Positions 25,976-41,100 of a stretch of DNA of 63,682 nucleotides are shown piece by piece. The position numbers and the translations under genes were made by a program. The notes under the pieces are model-generated. The model was not told the DNA's origin and did not search any database. It saw only the letters and a program-made list of their open reading frames with translations. This DNA comes from Octopus bimaculoides. Lineage: Eukaryota. Where the stretch lies: positions 91,508,543 to 91,572,224 of the forward strand of contig NC_068988.1 in NCBI RefSeq assembly GCF_001194135.2, read 5' to 3'. How positions within the stretch are numbered: position 1 is the first letter of the stretch; the number at the start of each line of letters is the position of its first letter.

Positions 25976-28900
25976 AGGCAACCAGCTGACAGAATTGCAT
26001 TGGTAAAAATGCTTGGTATTTTTTTCTGGCTGTTTACATTCTGAGTTCAAATGTCACCAAGGTCGACTTTGCCTGACATCCATTTGGGATCAATAAAATA
26101 AGTACCAGTCGAGCACTGGGGTCGATGTAATCAAATTGACCTCCTAAAATTGCTAGCCTTGTGCCAAAATTTGAAACTATTATTATTTTTTTTTTTTTTT
26201 TATCTCAGGTTTTGTTGGAACTCCTGAAGACTTGTATGCATAGCGGGCTTGCTGCCTGCAGCCTATGGTATCATGTTGTCTCTTCTTCTCAACTGTCTAA
26301 TACTTTCCTGATTATTCTGGCCATGCCAAGGAGGCAGACCTTTTGTAACAGTTCCACTGGGCACTCTATTCCGATTTCCTTTATATTCTTATTGATGCCT
26401 TCTGATACTATCCCCAAGGATCCAACAATAATTGGCACTATCTTCACCATTTTCCAAAGCTGGATTATTTCATACTTAAGAGGGTTGTATTTATCTATTT
26501 TTTTCGCCTTCCTTCTTGACTATTTGTGGGTCAGAGATGCATGCAACATCAACTATATAGCACACGTGCACCTTGTCCACCACCTCTAGGTCCCGTCTGT
26601 TATGCTCTAGCACCTGATCTGTTTGGATTGGGAAATAAAGAGGATTTTGCATGTCTCCAACTCCGCCACTCTCTGTGGTTTGTGCTCATACTATGTCTTG
26701 CCTCTCTCTAGCCCCCACTTTTTGCACAGTTTCCAATGTAGCACTTTCACTACCTTATCATGTCGCCACAACTTGTAGTGGTTTTGGGTAAGTCTAGGAC
26801 ATTCATTCATGATATGGGCAATGGTTTCAGCAGAGACACTTGCTCATTCCAAAGGTTGACCCTCCAGTTCATGGCTAAAGCTTGGTCTTGTGCAGCCAGT
26901 ATAGTGCTATTAGTCTCTTTTTTCAGTATTCCTTTCTTCAGCCAATCCCACCTGTGTTCTCCATCAATATCTGTTGTGGCTATATGGAATCGTGTCATCC
27001 CTCATTGCACAATGCTTCTTTATGTCTTTTTTTGTACTTCTTTTGTTTTTCCTTTTTTCTTTTCATTAAATACTCCCTCATTCCTAACTGACACTAGCAA
27101 GGTTTCCTTACTTTAGCATAGGTACCTCATTAAGCTCTTGAGTTCAATATGCATGCAGTCTTCCACACTTATCAGTCCCCTTCCTCCATTTACTCTCTTC
27201 GTGTATAGGCAATCAGTGTCTGCATTGTTAAGAGCCTTCTCCATGCATCATTAAGAGCTTTCTTGTCTTCCTGTCTAATTCCTTTAGCTCCTTCTCAGTC
27301 CATTTCAGAATTCCAGTGCTATACCAAACTACTGCATGCAAGTTTATTGCCAAAATTACGTTTCTGGCATTCAGCTTTGAAGCCAATATTTTTCTCACTC
27401 GCTGCAGGTACTCTTTCTTTGTCTTTCATATAATTGTGTTTAATTCCGTCTACCTCAAGTATTCCCAGGTATTTATAACTGGATTGAGATTCAATTGCCT
27501 CTATCATTTCACCGCTTGGCATCCATAAGCCTTCTGTCATTTTGAGAGTCCAAACTCCATCTGAATATCATTTGAGAAAATCCGCACAAACTGGACTAGG
27601 CTGTCCAGTTCTGCCTCATTTTTTTGTGAATAACTTCAAGTCATCCATGAAAAGCAAGTGGTTTAGTTTTCCCTTACCTCTTCCCAGATCATACCCTAAC
27701 TTTGTCTTCAGCACAAAGATCAGTAGGGACACATTGTCCCCTTGGAAGATTCCTCTCTTGGTTTTCACCTCTCCTGATACCTTATTCCTTGTTGTCAATC
27801 CAGTTCTCCAATATTTCATACTGTTCTATATAAGGCTTCTCATGTCTTCTGCTACTCCATACATTTCCATTGTTCTTGTTATCCTGGAGTGTGGTATCAT
27901 ATCGTATGCTTTATGATAGTCAATTTATGCCACACTCGGGTTTGTGTGTCTTCTCTTGCAGTTTCTGATGATTAAATTATCAATTAACAACTGACCTTTT
28001 GTCCCTTGACACCTCTTTCAGCACCCTTTTTGTTCAATAGGTAGCAGCCCACTTATTATCATCATCATCATCATCATTATTATTGTTGCCTTTGCACAGC
28101 TTCTAACGCTGGAGATGTACTAGAGTGTTAGCTGTTCACTACCAGGGAACTAAGGTAACACCTCTTAATTTTCAAGCATCCTTCTGGAGTATTCGAGTGG
28201 TTCCAAGCAGTTTTGTTTTCTGTAAGTGCTCCACCCTTATTGCAGCCCCTATTTGTTCCACGTACTTCTGAAGATTTTTGCTCACTGCTCCGACAATTAT
28301 TGGTACTACTGCTACCTTTTTCATCAACTACAATTGCTTAACTTCCCAAGCTAACCTGTTATATCTCTCGACTTTTCTTTCTTCCTTATTGCATACCTTG
28401 TTGTCAGCTGGGCATGCTATGTCTATGATCCAGCATAATTTGTTTTCTTTTTCAACTAAGACTATGTCCGGCTTCCTATTCTTAATCTCATGGTCACACT
28501 GAATTATTATTATTATTATTGTTATTATTATTATTATTAGACAAGACAAAGAGCGCGATGCGATTGCATGAAGGGGTCTGAATGTCTTCAGTAACTGTGT
28601 CTTGAATACTTTTGTTTGACCACTTTTCAAAGGCATCCATGCATGCTTCTACCCCTTCATCATGGTCAATATTGGGTTGTAAGAAAGAAAAATTCATGGT
28701 TACCAAAAGACAGTTCTTGACATGGCCTCAGTGCTTAAAAAAGTTGTTGATTTTAGACATGAAATCAAAAGTATCCTGAATATAGGAACTTGATCTTTTT
28801 ATGACAGGAGTAGAAAGCCTTCCAGCTATTCCAAAATCTTGGCTGTACAACATTCATATCGGCTGCAAATTGGATGCATTGGAGGAAATCTTTTGAACTT

Positions 28901-29156
28901 TTTGTGTATTATTATTATTATTATCATCGTCGTCGTCGTCATCGTCGCCGTCGTCGTCGTCGTCGTCATGGCAAGCTGGCAGAATCATTAACACAATGGG
29001 CAAAATGCTTAGTGGTATTTCGTCCATGTTTACATTCTGAGTTCAAATTCCGCCAAGGTTGACTTTGCTTTTCATCTTTTTGGGGTCAATAAATTAAGTA
29101 CCAGTGAAACAATGGAGTCGATGTAATTTTCCAGCCTTGTGCCTATAGTAGAAAGG

Positions 29157-29192
<36 letters not shown>

Positions 29193-32100
29193 GTTGTTGT
29201 GTTGTTTTTGTTGGTAACATATAATACTGAGGCTTACTAAACATGTTTTTATATATCTTGTAGACTATCAATATGTTAGATGGTTGATCATGGGCGAGTG
29301 TGATAAGGTTGGTACAACGAAAAGAAGACCTAGATTAGACATGTTCTAGTTTCTAATTTAGTCTGGTTATATGATACTCTGCCTGTCAATAATTATATTT
29401 ACTACTGTTAATATACTCACATAGAGAAAAATCATCTGCATGTTGGGTTTGAAAAAGAAATTGAAACTCTAAACTCGCTTGCCCTTATTGATCTGATGTT
29501 TATTTTTGGAGAATTTGGTTACTGTGGCAAATAATCTATAGTTACAATTAAAACCCTGACATACCAATGTATATATTAAAGAACTTGTATAATATAGATA
29601 GTGTGTGTCTATACAATGGCATTGTTGTGTGTGTGTGTAGTAATTAAGATAGAGTATGTAATAGAATGTTAAGCTGAGAATAGTCATAGGCAACAGTGGT
29701 CTCTACGTATGCACCACAAATGCGACTAACAAATGAGCCAAAGAACTGTTTCTATGAGACATTCCTGCAGACTGCATTGATAACAGACAACAACAACCTT
29801 GTTATCACATCTGTTGACTTATTATCATCATTATTACTATTATTAATGTATTATTAATGATGAGCTAGCAGAATTGTTAACATGCCAGGCAAAATGTTTT
29901 GCAGCATTTCATCCATCTTTACATTCTTTGTTCAAATTCCACCAAGGACGACTTTGCCTTTCATCCTTTCAGGGTCAGTAAAATAAGTACAGTTGAACAC
30001 TGGGGTCATTGCAATTGACCCCAGTATTCCCAACATTTCAGGCCTTGTGCCTATAGTAGAAAGGATTATTATTGTTGTTATTATTTGAGTGGTGATTAAT
30101 CAGATCATTAACATGTGGCCAACTTTCCTTCTTCTTAAAATTACTGGCCTTGTGTCTAAATTAGAAATGTTAGTATATCAGGCCAAATGCTCAGCAACAT
30201 TTTTTCTGGTTCTTTCGGCAAGATCAACTTTGTGGTGATAGCACACTGACTGAAGAAGGATCAAGTGTGATGCAACTGATGTTTGCAACACTAACTTCAA
30301 GTGAACATGCAATCCGGATAGGTTTCATACTCACCAAGGATTAAGATTGATAGATGGTTTTGAATACGAAGTCTTTTCCCCTGCGGAGATGTATTAAGTC
30401 AGAGATAGAGGAGTTTATCATAAAAATGAAAGAAATAGTGAGATCAGAAGAAACAAATAAAAACATATGTGTGGCTGGATGTAAAACACCATTTTGGATT
30501 TGTATTTGATATGTGATAATGTGCTTATGTATGCACAGAGGGTCGTAATGTCTACCTCACTACAAGGTCAAATGTTATAGGAATTCCACACTGGTCATCC
30601 AGGAATTTCTAAGATAAAGTTGCTTATGAGGAATTATATTTACTAGCCAAAAATGGATCTAGATATTGAGAAGTTGGTAAAATCCAGCAGAGGTTGAGCT
30701 CTTGCAGCAAAATCACCACCTATAAAATTTCAATAGATTTTGCAGGACCAGTACACTGATCATAATATCTAATAGTAGTAGATAGCTTTACAAAATGGCC
30801 AGAAATGTGTAAATGTAGAAAACAGAAATGTGGCCAGAAATGTGTAAATGTAGAAAACAGAAATGTGGCCAGAAATGTGTAAATGTAGAAAACAGAAATG
30901 TGTAAATGACAGTAACAGTCAAATTTCTACACAAACTTTTTGCTAGGTATGGTGTCCTTGGCACCATAGTCTTCGATAATGGTACGCAATTCATGGCGAA
31001 TGAATTTAAGAATTTTTGCAAGATGTACTCAGTTGAACATATCCCTAATCCTCTGTATCCCTGAAGATACAGATGTAGTAGATGTGTGAGAGTAATTAAC
31101 AGTGCGAGTAGTTTCCAAATAAATTAGTTCAAAAGCTCTAAAGGCTCCCTAGAAGTAGCTAATAGCTTTCGTTACTTTGATTAATTCAATTAGTAGTAGA
31201 AGGGATATTTCATAAGCAAACTAGCCAGAATAAGAACAATGGGCAAAGTTTAAGGTGATATCAATTTTGCTAATAACAAAGGGATTCTGTCTCTGAGTTA
31301 TAAGCATTTTGTTTGATTCTTGTGAGCAACATTGTTTGAAGCAAAATATGGGCATTGAATGTGGAGAATGTGTAATTGGAAAGAAATATGGCAAGCATGT
31401 CCTGCTGGGTGTGTAATTTTATGTGCATGAACAATGGTGCACATATGAGCTAAGAGGAAAATTGAGTGTAAAAGGAACCAGATGTAGTATGCAAAAGAGA
31501 AGACTGAGCTAGAATGGATATATGAGGAATATGGAGAATGATAGCTGCATAAAGAAGTGTTGAAAGTTGATCGCAAGAGATTAAACCTCACAAAAGAGAT
31601 CAGGACTGCAACAAGTGGCAAAACACTGTGCTAGAAAAAGCCCATCTGACCCATGCAAGCTTGGAAAAACAGTGATAAAATAATATTGATGATGATAGTG
31701 TGCGTATAAATATTTAGATGGCAGAAAAGAGCTCTGGTGTGTATATGCAGACATTACAAAATATGACTATCCTGTGTATTGAAGCACTCCACAAGTAAAT
31801 AGTTGTTTGTAATAAACCACTTAAGAAGTGAGAGCCATGCTAAAAGTGGAAAATTCATGTTAGCTTTAACCTGTCACATACACACTTGATGTAGTAGACT
31901 GTAACATAAACCACAAGTCAGTATGATTACTCATCTGAGCAGCCGGAGACTCTGTCAGGTGAATAAAGTGACATTTTGAAGTGCTTCAAAGAACCAGATT
32001 TTCAGGACCTGAAAATCGCATTGTGTTGAGTGAAAGCAAATAATAAGGCACAGGCATACATCACTAGATATAATTAACTTATATTCTTTATCTGTGTAGA

Positions 32101-35100
32101 TTTAACAATAAATTGGCACAGTTAATGAAGTCAGAGTGCATTTTCAAACTGAGTGTGGGTGCAGACTCAAATGAATTTATTCTCTTTCAAATGTTCTGTT
32201 TCTTTATCAACAGTCAATTTTGAGAATACCTATGTATTCAATTCTAAATTAATCCAAAATAATAATAATTTCTAACATTGGAAGGCCAGAACTTTTTTCC
32301 TGTGGAATAGTACAGTATAAGTGATTTTATCAATCCAGTACTTGAATATTACTTATTTTATCTATCTCAGAAGAGTGGAATGCAAAATTTACTGAAGCAC
32401 AATTTGAAATCAAAACAAAAAGGTGTTAAGTAAATACTATGAAGTTTTTTGTCTTTTGTTCCACCACTCCTGCCTATTCACCATTCTTATTTAATTTAAC
32501 AGTAAAAAAAATTTGGATTTTAGAAAAAAAACTGCATGCTAGGATACTTGTGTCTCGAGTAAAATACAAAAAAAAAGAAATGTAGTTTGTTGGTGTGCTG
32601 TATAGAATAGAATATACTTGCTTCATTTATTTTAATTCTTTACTATCAATGTAATAGAAAAAAAATGTCTTTAAAATATTATTGTTATATTTCAGGATGA
32701 TCGGGTTTTTTCATTTTTTTTTTCTTTGCCAAATAAATACACGCATTATATATTCGTTCTTCACTTGTTTATTACTATTCTTATTTTATCTTATGTCCAT
32801 TGTTCGGAAATCTTTCGTCACATATCTGTCTTCTACAATGAAAGATTTCTGGACAATGGACATAAGATAAAATAAGAACAGTAATAAACAAGTGAAGAAT
32901 GAATGTATAGTGCATGTGTTTATTTGGCAAAAAAAAAAAAAAAAAAGTTACCATCCCAAAATATACCAATATCTGNNNNNNNNNNTTTTTTTTTTTTTTT
33001 TTTTTTTTTTTATAACTTGGATGTGTATTTTAATTAGACAGTTTATGCAGATACTGAAACTGAATAAAAAAAATAGGTCCCAGTAAGATAAGCCTACAAC
33101 TCTTACCTTGGTGTATTTAGTACTACATCATGAAATTTCTAGAATTAGTTACCTGTTCTGTTGATGCTTTTGTATCTACACATCATAGAGAAGAGCTAAA
33201 ACAATACAATGAGACACAGGATGTACAAGGCAGATTCAGAACAATCTTAGACTTAATTTTTGATAGGATAGGGGGTAGAGCCAGTGTATAAGACCACTGC
33301 TGGCTCTCCCAGATTATTGAGACTGATATGGTTAATATTCCTTTTGACCATTTATAGGTCAGTATCTACAGAAAATGTAAGAAAAATATGAGCAAGGAGA
33401 GAATTCCCAGTGATTACTGTTCTGTGGAGGAATAATTGCTTAAATATTATATAGTATGGAATCTAAGAAGAGAGATGGGTAGGCATGATTGAAAATGACT
33501 TTTTAACAGTTGTTAGGTAGAACAGAGACCATTCTAATGGCCATGGCAATGATGATGATGATAAAATAGGCAGAAAATGTAAAGTGCATCTGTGAGCTAA
33601 TGGTTGCAGTGTGTTGGGGGAATTGGTTCAAAAGTGAATAGAAAACAGTAGTGTCACAGTTTTATAGTTGCAAGGTTCTAATAAAAGTAATGTTTTAATC
33701 TTCATGAGGGCTCTTTTTAAAAAAAAAAATTTTTTTCACTCTCATGTCTCATCAGCTGAAAAAGGCAAATTCATTTCATTCTTTCTGTATTTGCAGACAA
33801 ATAAGAGAGATAATCAAGAGCAGAAAAAGAGGTAGAGTAATTTTTACTTTATTTTATCTGTTTACTTATCTATTGCATATGTCTTTTTCATTCATTCACC
33901 TGCCTTGCTCAAAGCATTATTATTTGCTAATGGAAGAGCAGTTACATATGTATATATATAAAAAACAAAGAGACAACACCAGGAAAAAACAAATGTTATG
34001 TAATAAACTTCGTTCGCTTAGAGCTGTTTCTATTATAAGAGGTAGTGGACTCATATATATATATATAACAAATTAAATTTAAATTTAAGTTTAAATTTAA
34101 ATGTTGAAGTGAATCTAACGGATTTTGTGTGTTATTTTAAATGGCTTATAAACACCTTCCACACTGCAATTGTTTTCGTTTCAGCACACGATCTCAGATC
34201 AGGTCACTTGCTATGCAAGTGCATCTCCGTAATATATATATATATATATATGTATGTATAAATAGAGAAAAGGATAAAGAGGACAATGGCAATACATGAC
34301 TTATAATCCCCACTCTTGTTTAAACAACGAATGGGACATAACTAGCCGGTATACAGCACTTACTCGGTATTACCTGTATCTTTGGGTTTGGCTAAATCCA
34401 ATACCCTTCTTAACCTTAAATATATATATATATATATATATATAAGGAAAGACACATTACATAATGTAGTCCTAGATATGCAGTGTCTAGATTAATTTAC
34501 CTGGAGGCACAGTCCTCATGGCCTAGTTCCCTTTGAAAAATTTCAAATCTCAATTCAATTCAAGTTGAAGCCATTCTACCACTTCATCAAGAATTGCAAC
34601 ATTAAACTTCTAGTGAGGCAATTACAACAATAGCAAGTATCCACCAGCCAGCAATAGACTTACAGAGGTTGTATCACGGAGGAATTAGTATAGGGAGCTA
34701 TACTGAAGCTACCCTGACAGTCTATATCACCTCAACCAGACACTTCACAACATTATGTGAGCACATACATTGACTGAGTGAAATGGTTATTACTAGAAAG
34801 TTCAGTGACCCCCACTGAAGGAATTGCTATCAGGATTGTTAAACGTTGTGGAACTTCATTGGGATTGTTAAAATAGTTTGTAAAGGTAGTAGATTCGGGA
34901 GAAGGATCTTTTCAAAAAATTCGCCTTATTTTTTTTTACCAAAGTTCTCTGATGCCCCATTTAAGGATGGTACACTTGTTAAAGTTCGAGTAAATAGAAT
35001 ATTGAAGTCAAGAAAACTTGGAAAAAAGATGAGCAGTCTAAAGGAAAGCATGGTGTGCATTTTGCAGTGTAATTCATGGATTCTTAGAAACATGCAAAGA

Positions 35101-38079
35101 TTCTCATTACAAGAGGTTAGGGGTAAAGATTACTGAGAGGCATAAGAATATGGGCTGCTGCTGCTGTTGCATGTCTTTGCAAGAGCTTTCCGGGCATTCC
35201 TATTTTACTTTTTTTGCCATGGAAACTTAGGTAGTTAACATCATTGAGAGTTTAGGAAAATATTTTACCGTGACATTGCAACAAATGAAAGAAGGTGCCA
35301 ATGCTGCTGGGTGAGACAATACATAGCCTCTGGCTAGAATAGATGAAAATATTCGGATCTTTTTTAAAACGGGGGCCACATTTTTCATTAACGAAACACT
35401 TTGAAACTTGGAACACTGGTAGAATGTGTCATATAAAACATCTTTTTCTCTTAGTCTTCTTAAAAAAAAAAAGAAATCCATAAGTTTTTCCATGTTAAAG
35501 TTGTTGTATTTCTGTAATTTCAACCAATCACTGACGTCCATTCAGCCAATAGACATTAAGTGCCGACTACATAAACAAACGATTCTGAAACAATTAACCC
35601 TAACCCTAACCTTAACCTTACGGTTAGGGTTAGGGTTAAAGCAAATTTAAAATGAAAAAAGCAAATAAAACGAAGGTATGGAGATTAAATACGCTTTACA
35701 TCGCTTAATCAGCCAAAGGAGTAAATTTAAACAACTGAATACTTGTCAGTGATTGGTGGAAATTATCGAAATAAGACAAATTTTTACATGAAATAAATTC
35801 GAATACAAAAATATTTTTCTGTTCTATAACACAAAATAGATAAGTATACGAAGTTTGAAAGTCTTTCCGTACCAAAAACACTACGTAAAACATTAATGAA
35901 AAATGTGGCCCCCGTTTTAAAATAGATCCAAATATTCAAAAATGCTTCTCTTTCATATTTTCTATTAAAGCCAAGATACATTATTTGATCTAATATTAAA
36001 TCCATCCTATTTATATCTCATAATCTGTAATTAAACCTCAAATTTCTTAATTTCAGCAACACCAACACAAACAAAATACAAAAGGTAATTATTGACTCCT
36101 GTTTTCTTTCTTTTGCCTTGGTAAAAACTTAAAAGTAAATGGCTGTTCTTGGTCTTAAAATATCAATCAGTCACAATCTATTTGTCTCAAGTTGTTGATC
36201 TTAAGGTATTAGCTGCAGTATCTCAAGATTTGTCTTGTCTGTTGAAACATATTATCTGAAGTCTTATATTGTTAATTCTGTGGAGAATAGCAGCTGCAGC
36301 ATTCATTCACCATCAGTCATCATCTTACCCCAGTCATCAGCCAACCTCATATTTCCCATTATTTTTCCACCCTGTCCATTCTTTGACGTTACTTGACCAC
36401 CCTCTTTGGGGTTTTTCCATTCCTTTTGTATGGCAGAGGTTCATGCATGACCATATTTACTTGTGATAGGGGATGATCATCATATCATGCTACATAACCA
36501 AGCCATTTCATTTTCTGTTTAAAACGATAGAAAAGTTTCTGCCTTTGCAGTAATTTCTTCCTTAACACATAAAGCACAATGGGCCACAATCATGGCTGTC
36601 AGGCACAGGTTGACAGGCCACAATCGTGGCCCAGATAGATGCATTTAATTTATGGGTGTTTGTTAGGGTCTAATGTCACTCAAACGCTCTGCTACCCCAC
36701 AGAAAGCAAGGGGGCTCATAGTTCAACTAATGACTTTTCAGATGATGTAAAACTTGCCACCATTACACACTAAGAAGATATTTAAACTATTTTTTTTTGT
36801 TTTTTATGTGTGCATGATAGTCTCATTTTCATAAAATGTGCTCATTACTCCATGCTATGTAAGTGTAAATCCCAGTGCTTTATGGCTTAATGCTCATTAG
36901 TTCATTGTTCTATATATGGAATGCAAATCTCTCAGCATTTTGATTTTACTGTACAAAGCCCAGTTATAGTTTAAGATACACCTGGAGGAGAATTAGCAAA
37001 CATTATTACCAGGAAAGGTACACAAAGAAATCTTCACTATCTTTGGTAGTGCTTCACTATTCATAATAAATAAACTTTACAAAATATGTAATCAACTTTT
37101 ATGCCAGCAATTTTAGACATCCACCATGGACTCTTCCTTGGTATTTACTCATCTTCTATAGCTGACAACTTTTCTATTTCAAAAAATGCCAATAAAGGAG
37201 GAAATGAGGGTTTTACAGGCCACAGTGATGTTATTGTTAGGGAGAGCAGTTATGCTGTATTTATTCAGAGTGGAGATACTTTGGTTCTTAACAGGATAAA
37301 ATGTATCCACTTCATGCTGTAAAGGGATTGGCAATAGGAAAGGCATTCATCTATAAAACATTTGCCAAGACACAACAAAGATTGCAGTTTTCTCTGCTAT
37401 TGTATTAATAAATTTCACTTGCTGAAAAACCCCAGCAAATAGTAAGGTATTGCCATCCGATCCATGCTATCATAGGAAAACAAACATCGATGTTGACTAT
37501 TCTGTCGACTTTATATTTTTGATTTTATCTACAGTTAGTATATTTATTAGTATATTTACCAGTCATCCTTGGCAGCTGTTTTGCTTTTTATTTAATTTCA
37601 TTTTATATAAGACACAGGCATGGCTGATGGTTAAGAAGCTTGCTTCCTAACAATATGGTTTCAGATTCAATTGCACTGTGTGATAACTTGGGCAAATGAG
37701 TGGATTTGGTAATGGAAATTGAAAGAATCTTGCTGTATATGTGTATGTGTTAGTGTCTCTTTGTCTTGACATCATCAGATAGTTGTAAACAAATGTCACC
37801 ATCATGAGGACACCACCAAGAGGTGTCCTTGTTTCCAGTCTTCTGTGAAAACATGTCTGGATATAGGGAAATATTACCTTACTAGGAAACAGGGGTCAGT
37901 TAACAAGAGCACATTCAAGCCATAGCAAATCTGCCTCAACAAATTCTATCCAACCCACGTGAGCATAGAAAAGTGGTTGTTAAAATGACAACAGTGACAA
38001 TGACGATAATGATGATTAGGCTATAATTGAACTGACTATTCTTTATTGTTAAGTAACAGGGTTTCGTTCCAGTAATCAA

Positions 38080-38110
<31 letters not shown>

Positions 38111-41100
38111 TAGATGTATATGTTTTATGTTGTTTATATATATATATACAATTCATCATATTTCTAAAGAATCTAAATATTGGTTTTAAATTTTGGCACA
38201 ATGCTGGTAAGCATTTTGCCTGGCAAGCTAATGATTCTGCTGGTTGCCACTTTAAAGAATCTGAAGAAGTTCTTAGCCTATTGTTAATAATTATAGATTT
38301 ATTGTCATCTGAAAATAATAGTTTAGAAATTAATAATTATACTTTAGTGAGTTCTATATTTTAAATTGATGTTTTTTTTGTGTGTGTGTGTGGGGGGGAT
38401 GGTTATGTTAAAACTTTCGTCAACCTAAAATATTCAACCACAGAACTGAACTATTTCACTATCTTCACAAAATTTTATAGTTACTTTTGTAGATCTTATA
38501 CTTATCATCAGCTAATTATATTTCATTTGATTAATCACATAAATTATAAACTATGAACTAAGCAGCAGTCACAATTTTCTTGAAATAATTATATTTCAAT
38601 GAATGTTTTCCTTTGGTATTTATAAATTTTCCCTTCCTAAAATCTAGTTTGATTTTCTTCCATTTCAGATATCAGTACCTTCTCTATCAGGATCCCACTT
38701 TGGTAGCAGTATAACTCAGTAAGTTGGTTAGTCATTAAGATATGTTTTTTGTTGGTAAATTGTTATTTTGCTATGACATAAATTTAGGAGCAATGATAAC
38801 TTACGAACCAAAGTAAGTGTCACTAACTTTACTTAATTGTAGTTTAAAAAAAAGAGTTGTAACAGTCGAATATAGTGTGAATATGTGTTAAACAGGAGGC
38901 GCAATGGCCCAGTGGTTAGGGCAGCAGACTTGCGGTCATAGGATCGCGGTTTCGATTCCCAGACCGGGCATTGTGAGTGTTTATTGAGCGGAAACACCTA
39001 AAGCTCCACGAGGCTCCAGCAGGGGATGGTGGCGAACCCTGCTGTAGTCTTCCGCCACAACTTTCTCTCACTCTTACTTCCTGTTTCTCTTGTGCCTGTA
39101 ATTCAAAGGGTCAGCCTTGTCACACTCTGTGTCACGCTGAATCTCCCTGAGAACTACGTTAAGGGTACATGTGTCTGTGGAGTGCTCAGCCACTTGCACA
39201 TTTATTTCNNNNNNNNNNNNNNNNNNNNNNNNNNNNNNNNNNNNNNNNNNNNNNNNNNNNNNNNNNNNNNNNNNNNNNNNNNNNNNNNNNNNNNNNNNNN
39301 NNNNNNNNNNNNNNNNNNNNNNNNNNNNNNNNNNNNNNNNNNNNNNNNNNNNNNNNNNNNNNNNNNNNNNNNNNNNNNNNNNNNNNNNNNNNNNNNNNNN
39401 NNNNNNNNNNNNNNNNNNNNNNNNNNNNNNNNNNNNNNNNNNNNNNNNNNNNNNNNNNNNNNNNNNNNNNNNNNNNNNNNAAAAAAATTATGAAAATAAA
39501 ATCTTAGTTAATTATACAAAATATGTACTGAAAATTCATAATGATCAAGGTAAAAATTTAACTACCACAACTGCCAGATCAGACTGGAGCCTGGGGCAGC
39601 CATCCGGTTTCACCAGTCCTCAGTCAAATCGTCCAACCCATGCTAGCATGGAAAGTGGATGTTAAACGATGATGATGAATGCATCTCAGTAAAATGTCTG
39701 TTAGTATTTTGTTTTTTTTATTCTTTCAGTCATTCATTTAGTTAGCATTTTGACATGTGTACATAATGTATTCACATTTTCTCAACTTCCTTTCCATCAA
39801 CTCTTGAATAAATTCACCCTTTTAGTTTCGTTAATTTCTGACTAGATTTAGATTATTTTAATGATACAGCTAATGTACATAGTTACTATTATATAGCTAT
39901 AATTAAAATATTGCAATTTATTCTAGTTAGTTCTTCATTATTTATAGTTTTATGATCTTAATCAGATGATCTAATCACACTTGACTGACAAATTTAAGAA
40001 CAAACTACTTTAAATAGTTTGGAATATCTAAAGCAGTAATTAAAGTTGAGGATGTATCCCTTATTTATAATATTATGTTTCTGTGGATTCATCACTCATT
40101 TAAAAATCTCTCAATGATTGAACATTATGAATCAATTGAATCATGAAGTCAATGTATATCCTACATTCTCTAGAGTACAAACTAGCCAATACGGGAACAT
40201 TTCAGAATTAACAATAAAAAGGGAAATATATTGTCAACACCGCCTTCCTTTTTCCTTGATGAATATCTCTTTCATAGCTTTGGTTTATAGAAGTGGACCA
40301 ATATAAAATGTTTTGTGCCTTGCAACATATTATCTGTTGTTGTTGGTCAACTCTGATCTAGCAAACCTATGATCGAAAGTATTCTTGTCATGACCATCCC
40401 ATCTTTTATTCAGACATAATATATCTCGGACTACATTATTCATTATATTCCTCTTTTTTTTTTAAGCTAAAGTGTGATTTGGAGGCAATTTAGCTGCTAT
40501 GTCTAGCAGGTCAATTAACCTTGTAAAGGCTCTCTCATTAGGTTGCATATATTTTTAATATCTAGTATGTACTATAATACATGGTGCAAGTGGGACTACT
40601 CCAAATACTCGCTTTTGGATTTGTTGGGTATATCTGTGTCGGTTAAAAAAACATAACCTAATCAGGAAAATGTCTTCCCTAACAGATGCCTAACCAACCT
40701 CCCTACTCTATGCTCACAATATTCAAATTATAGTAATAAAACAAGTACAGAATCACTGTATTGGAATTGATAGCTTGTCAGCATTTAATTTAATGTCTAC
40801 TGTATTTCAGAATTATTCTGAACATTGGATCAACCTTTAAACATAAAACTCAAAGACAGTAAAGGCCCCCTAAAAATGTAGAACCTATAGAATACACTAC
40901 TCTTGTTACTAGGTTAATTCAGCACTGTGTATTGTTCTATACCACAAAGTATCTATCTGTTGAGTTTAGAGGTCATTGCTTTAAGCTAGAGCAATAGATA
41001 TTGTGTTTACTTGTTTGGCTGACTATTGGTAAATTTTATTTATAGATATTTAATAATGTTAATATTTGTTGTTATTTGTCATTCTGCTTTAATCTACATA

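Noticed and set aside
26175-26330. R4/Dong element as the mobiliser of family B SINEs
   Set aside because: No shared 3' sequence, and their sense-strand tails are opposite ((TAA)n versus (TTA)n).
35594-35639. True telomere or chromosome fusion site
   Set aside because: Only about three units per side, embedded in a foldback element within an intron.
38895-38975. tRNA genes (A/B boxes here and at 19400-19476, 48729)
   Set aside because: They continue into shared repeat bodies and tails and lack a proper acceptor stem; these are SINE heads.
40811-40858. Possible phase 2/2 cassette exon (tgtatttcag ... gtaaag)
   Set aside because: Weak donor and not needed for the chain; no support without RNA data.
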